A DNA stretch of 64,000 nt from Moniliella sp. 'wahieum' (taxonomy: Eukaryota). Positions 62,115-64,000 of this stretch are shown in pieces. The stretch is from the NCBI GenBank assembly GCA_003971905.1, contig RSEE01000018.1, forward strand, positions 310,001-374,000, written 5' to 3'. Numbering within the stretch: position 1 is the first letter of the stretch; the number at the start of each line of letters is the position of its first letter. The notes beneath the pieces are model-generated. The model searched no databases, was not told the origin of the DNA, and saw nothing but the letters and a program-made list of their open reading frames with translations. The translations under genes were made by a program, and so were the position numbers.

Positions 62115-64000
62115 GCGGTCGGTGGACGGCGGCGGGGCTGGGGATGGGTGTCGGAGAGGAGAGGCGGCATGCTGGGCGGGGGGCGGCGGCAGCAGCAGGA
62201 GCGGTGGGGAAGGCGGTGGCGATGGAATGGCGGTGGAATGGCGGTGGGATGGCGTGGGAATGGCGGTGGGAATGGGATGGCGGCGACAGAGAAAAGATGC
62301 TGGCGTGGCGATGGATGGATGGGTGGAGAGGGGCAGCGCGCTGCCAACTCCGCCTGGCGGCACGCGGCGGTCCGCGGCGACACGGGGGCAGCATTCTGCG
62401 GGCTGCCGCCTGTCGCCCAGCCGCCCAGCGCAGCGCAGCGCAGGGCAGCACCCTGCCGCGCCTGGCCACCAGCCCGCCGCCCCAGACAGCCCCCGTGCCT
62501 GGGTGTGAACATGGCTAGTGGCCAGTGAAACTTGCAACCAGCTGTCGCGACTCGTGACGCGTGACGCATGCAAGGGCAGCATCTCATGCATCATGCATGC
62601 ATGCTGCTGCTGCGGCTGTGCGGTGCTCCGATACGCTGACACTCACACGCACACTGCTCCAGCAGGCAGGCCGCAGCATCGATCATCCGATCATCTCCCT
62701 TGCATGCATGCGTCCAGCTTGCCCTTGCCGTGCTGCAACCAGCACGCGGCAGTGCTGGGGTGTGCTGCGCCCCATCAAGCATCCCATCGCCATGCAATGC
62801 ATCATCACCCATCTGATCATGCACCTGCGCTCTGCTGCGCACCCACCGCTCCTCTCAGATCTCAGCACCGACAGCGATCGACACGCCGGAGCAGCGCCAG
62901 ACAGCGCCGTTTCCCCGAGGCGGGCTCCGCTGCCAAGGTAGGTGGCCCTGTGCCTGCTGCTCCCAGCCGCGTACCACACAGCAGCGAGCCAAGCCGTCCC
63001 AGCATCGCCGCCACGGGCTGTCGTCGGGCAGCAGCAGCCAACAGCAGCCACATCTGCTGGCTAGGCTCTGGCTATGCTCTGGCTAGCTCTGGCGCTTCCC
63101 CCATCATCGGCCCCGCCGTCCTTAAATTGATGGGGAGTACTGAGTACCCCGATTGAGTACCGAGTTTCATCGGCATCGGCCCTGGCCGTCACGCGTCACG
63201 CGCCATGCACATGTGCGCAGTGCGTCAGTTACATGATACACGCTTACCGGCTTGGGTTTGTGAAACGCATTGTTCGGCTCGACACGAATGACCCAGTGCT
63301 TTGGCGTGAGTACGTGAGTAGATCTTAGCGCTTAGCAGGCTCTAGCAGCCCTAGCGCGGGAGGAAGCGCATGGAGTACGGGTGCCGGTGGCAGTGCGTCT
63401 GGACACCGTCTCCACCCAGCCCCCCGAAGTCCCAGGGCGGTGTGGAGCGGGTGGCGCGGAGCGCAGCCATCGCCATCGGCCATCCATCCATCGATCATCG
63501 ATCATTCAGATCGATCATCAATCATCGATCATCGGCCTCATCGACCACTGACTCATGCATTGATTAGCAGGACCTGGTACATCCGTAGCTAGTACCAGGC
63601 ATATCGCATGGAAATGGCTCCGACCTGCTCCAACCAATTGGAACAACCGCAGCGCTGACTCAAAGTTGAATCAAATGATCGGCTGATTCTAGGGTGACGA
63701 CCGGTGACCGGTGTTCAACGACCGGTGATCACATATGTCTGGAGCTCTTGAAGCTCTTGAAGCTTAGGACTAGCGCTGAGCAGCTCCGCGCTGACTAGCT
63801 CTGAATCAGACTAGTGACTTTCCCAACGTCGCCCTCTGCGGAGCACCGGCAGCACAGCACCAGCCCCGTGTCTGGCTCGCACGCCCAAGGTCTCAGTATA
63901 TTCTCAGTCTGAGAACTCAGTTGCCTGTCTTCAATCTGTATAACGCTCTAGCGCTGTAGCTAGCTTCAAGCTTCAAGCCGCCATCAGCCATCGATAATCA

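Noticed and set aside
1..64000. Mating-type locus or biosynthetic gene cluster
   Set aside because: No STE3 receptor, homeodomain pair, CaaX pheromone, PKS, NRPS or terpene synthase seen. The abundance of regulators is not by itself evidence of a functional cluster.

Overview
GC-rich, gene-dense eukaryotic DNA, most consistent with a basidiomycete fungus (short GT..AG introns with CTRAC branch points, intron-containing tRNAs, basidiomycete-type cytochrome c). Most genes carry 1-2 bp indels, usually in homopolymers, including RPB8 and cytochrome c. This points to an unpolished long-read assembly, so gene models were rebuilt across frames and their ends are approximate. Recognisable genes: Dma1-like FHA-RING ligase, Psh1-like RING ligase, C2H2/AT-hook TF, Hda1/Clr3 HDAC, bHLH TF, tRNA-Gln(CTG), RPB8, Fmp52-like, an Ebp1/AF4-like candidate, 3-repeat Myb, cytochrome c, Pbs2/Wis1 MAPKK, PIN-domain protein with RGG repeats, a Rap1-like candidate, tRNA-Thr(AGT), delta-12 desaturase, Def1-like, Mug65/Spo73-like, a hexose transporter and a PKA-like pseudokinase. 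The most unusual element is a minus-strand gene at ~45.9-48.1 kb. It appears to encode four tandem dynein-light-chain (LC8)-like domains in one chain, with a Thr-rich TQ-motif tandem-repeat linker before the fourth. All homology calls rest on motif recognition by eye; no searches were run.
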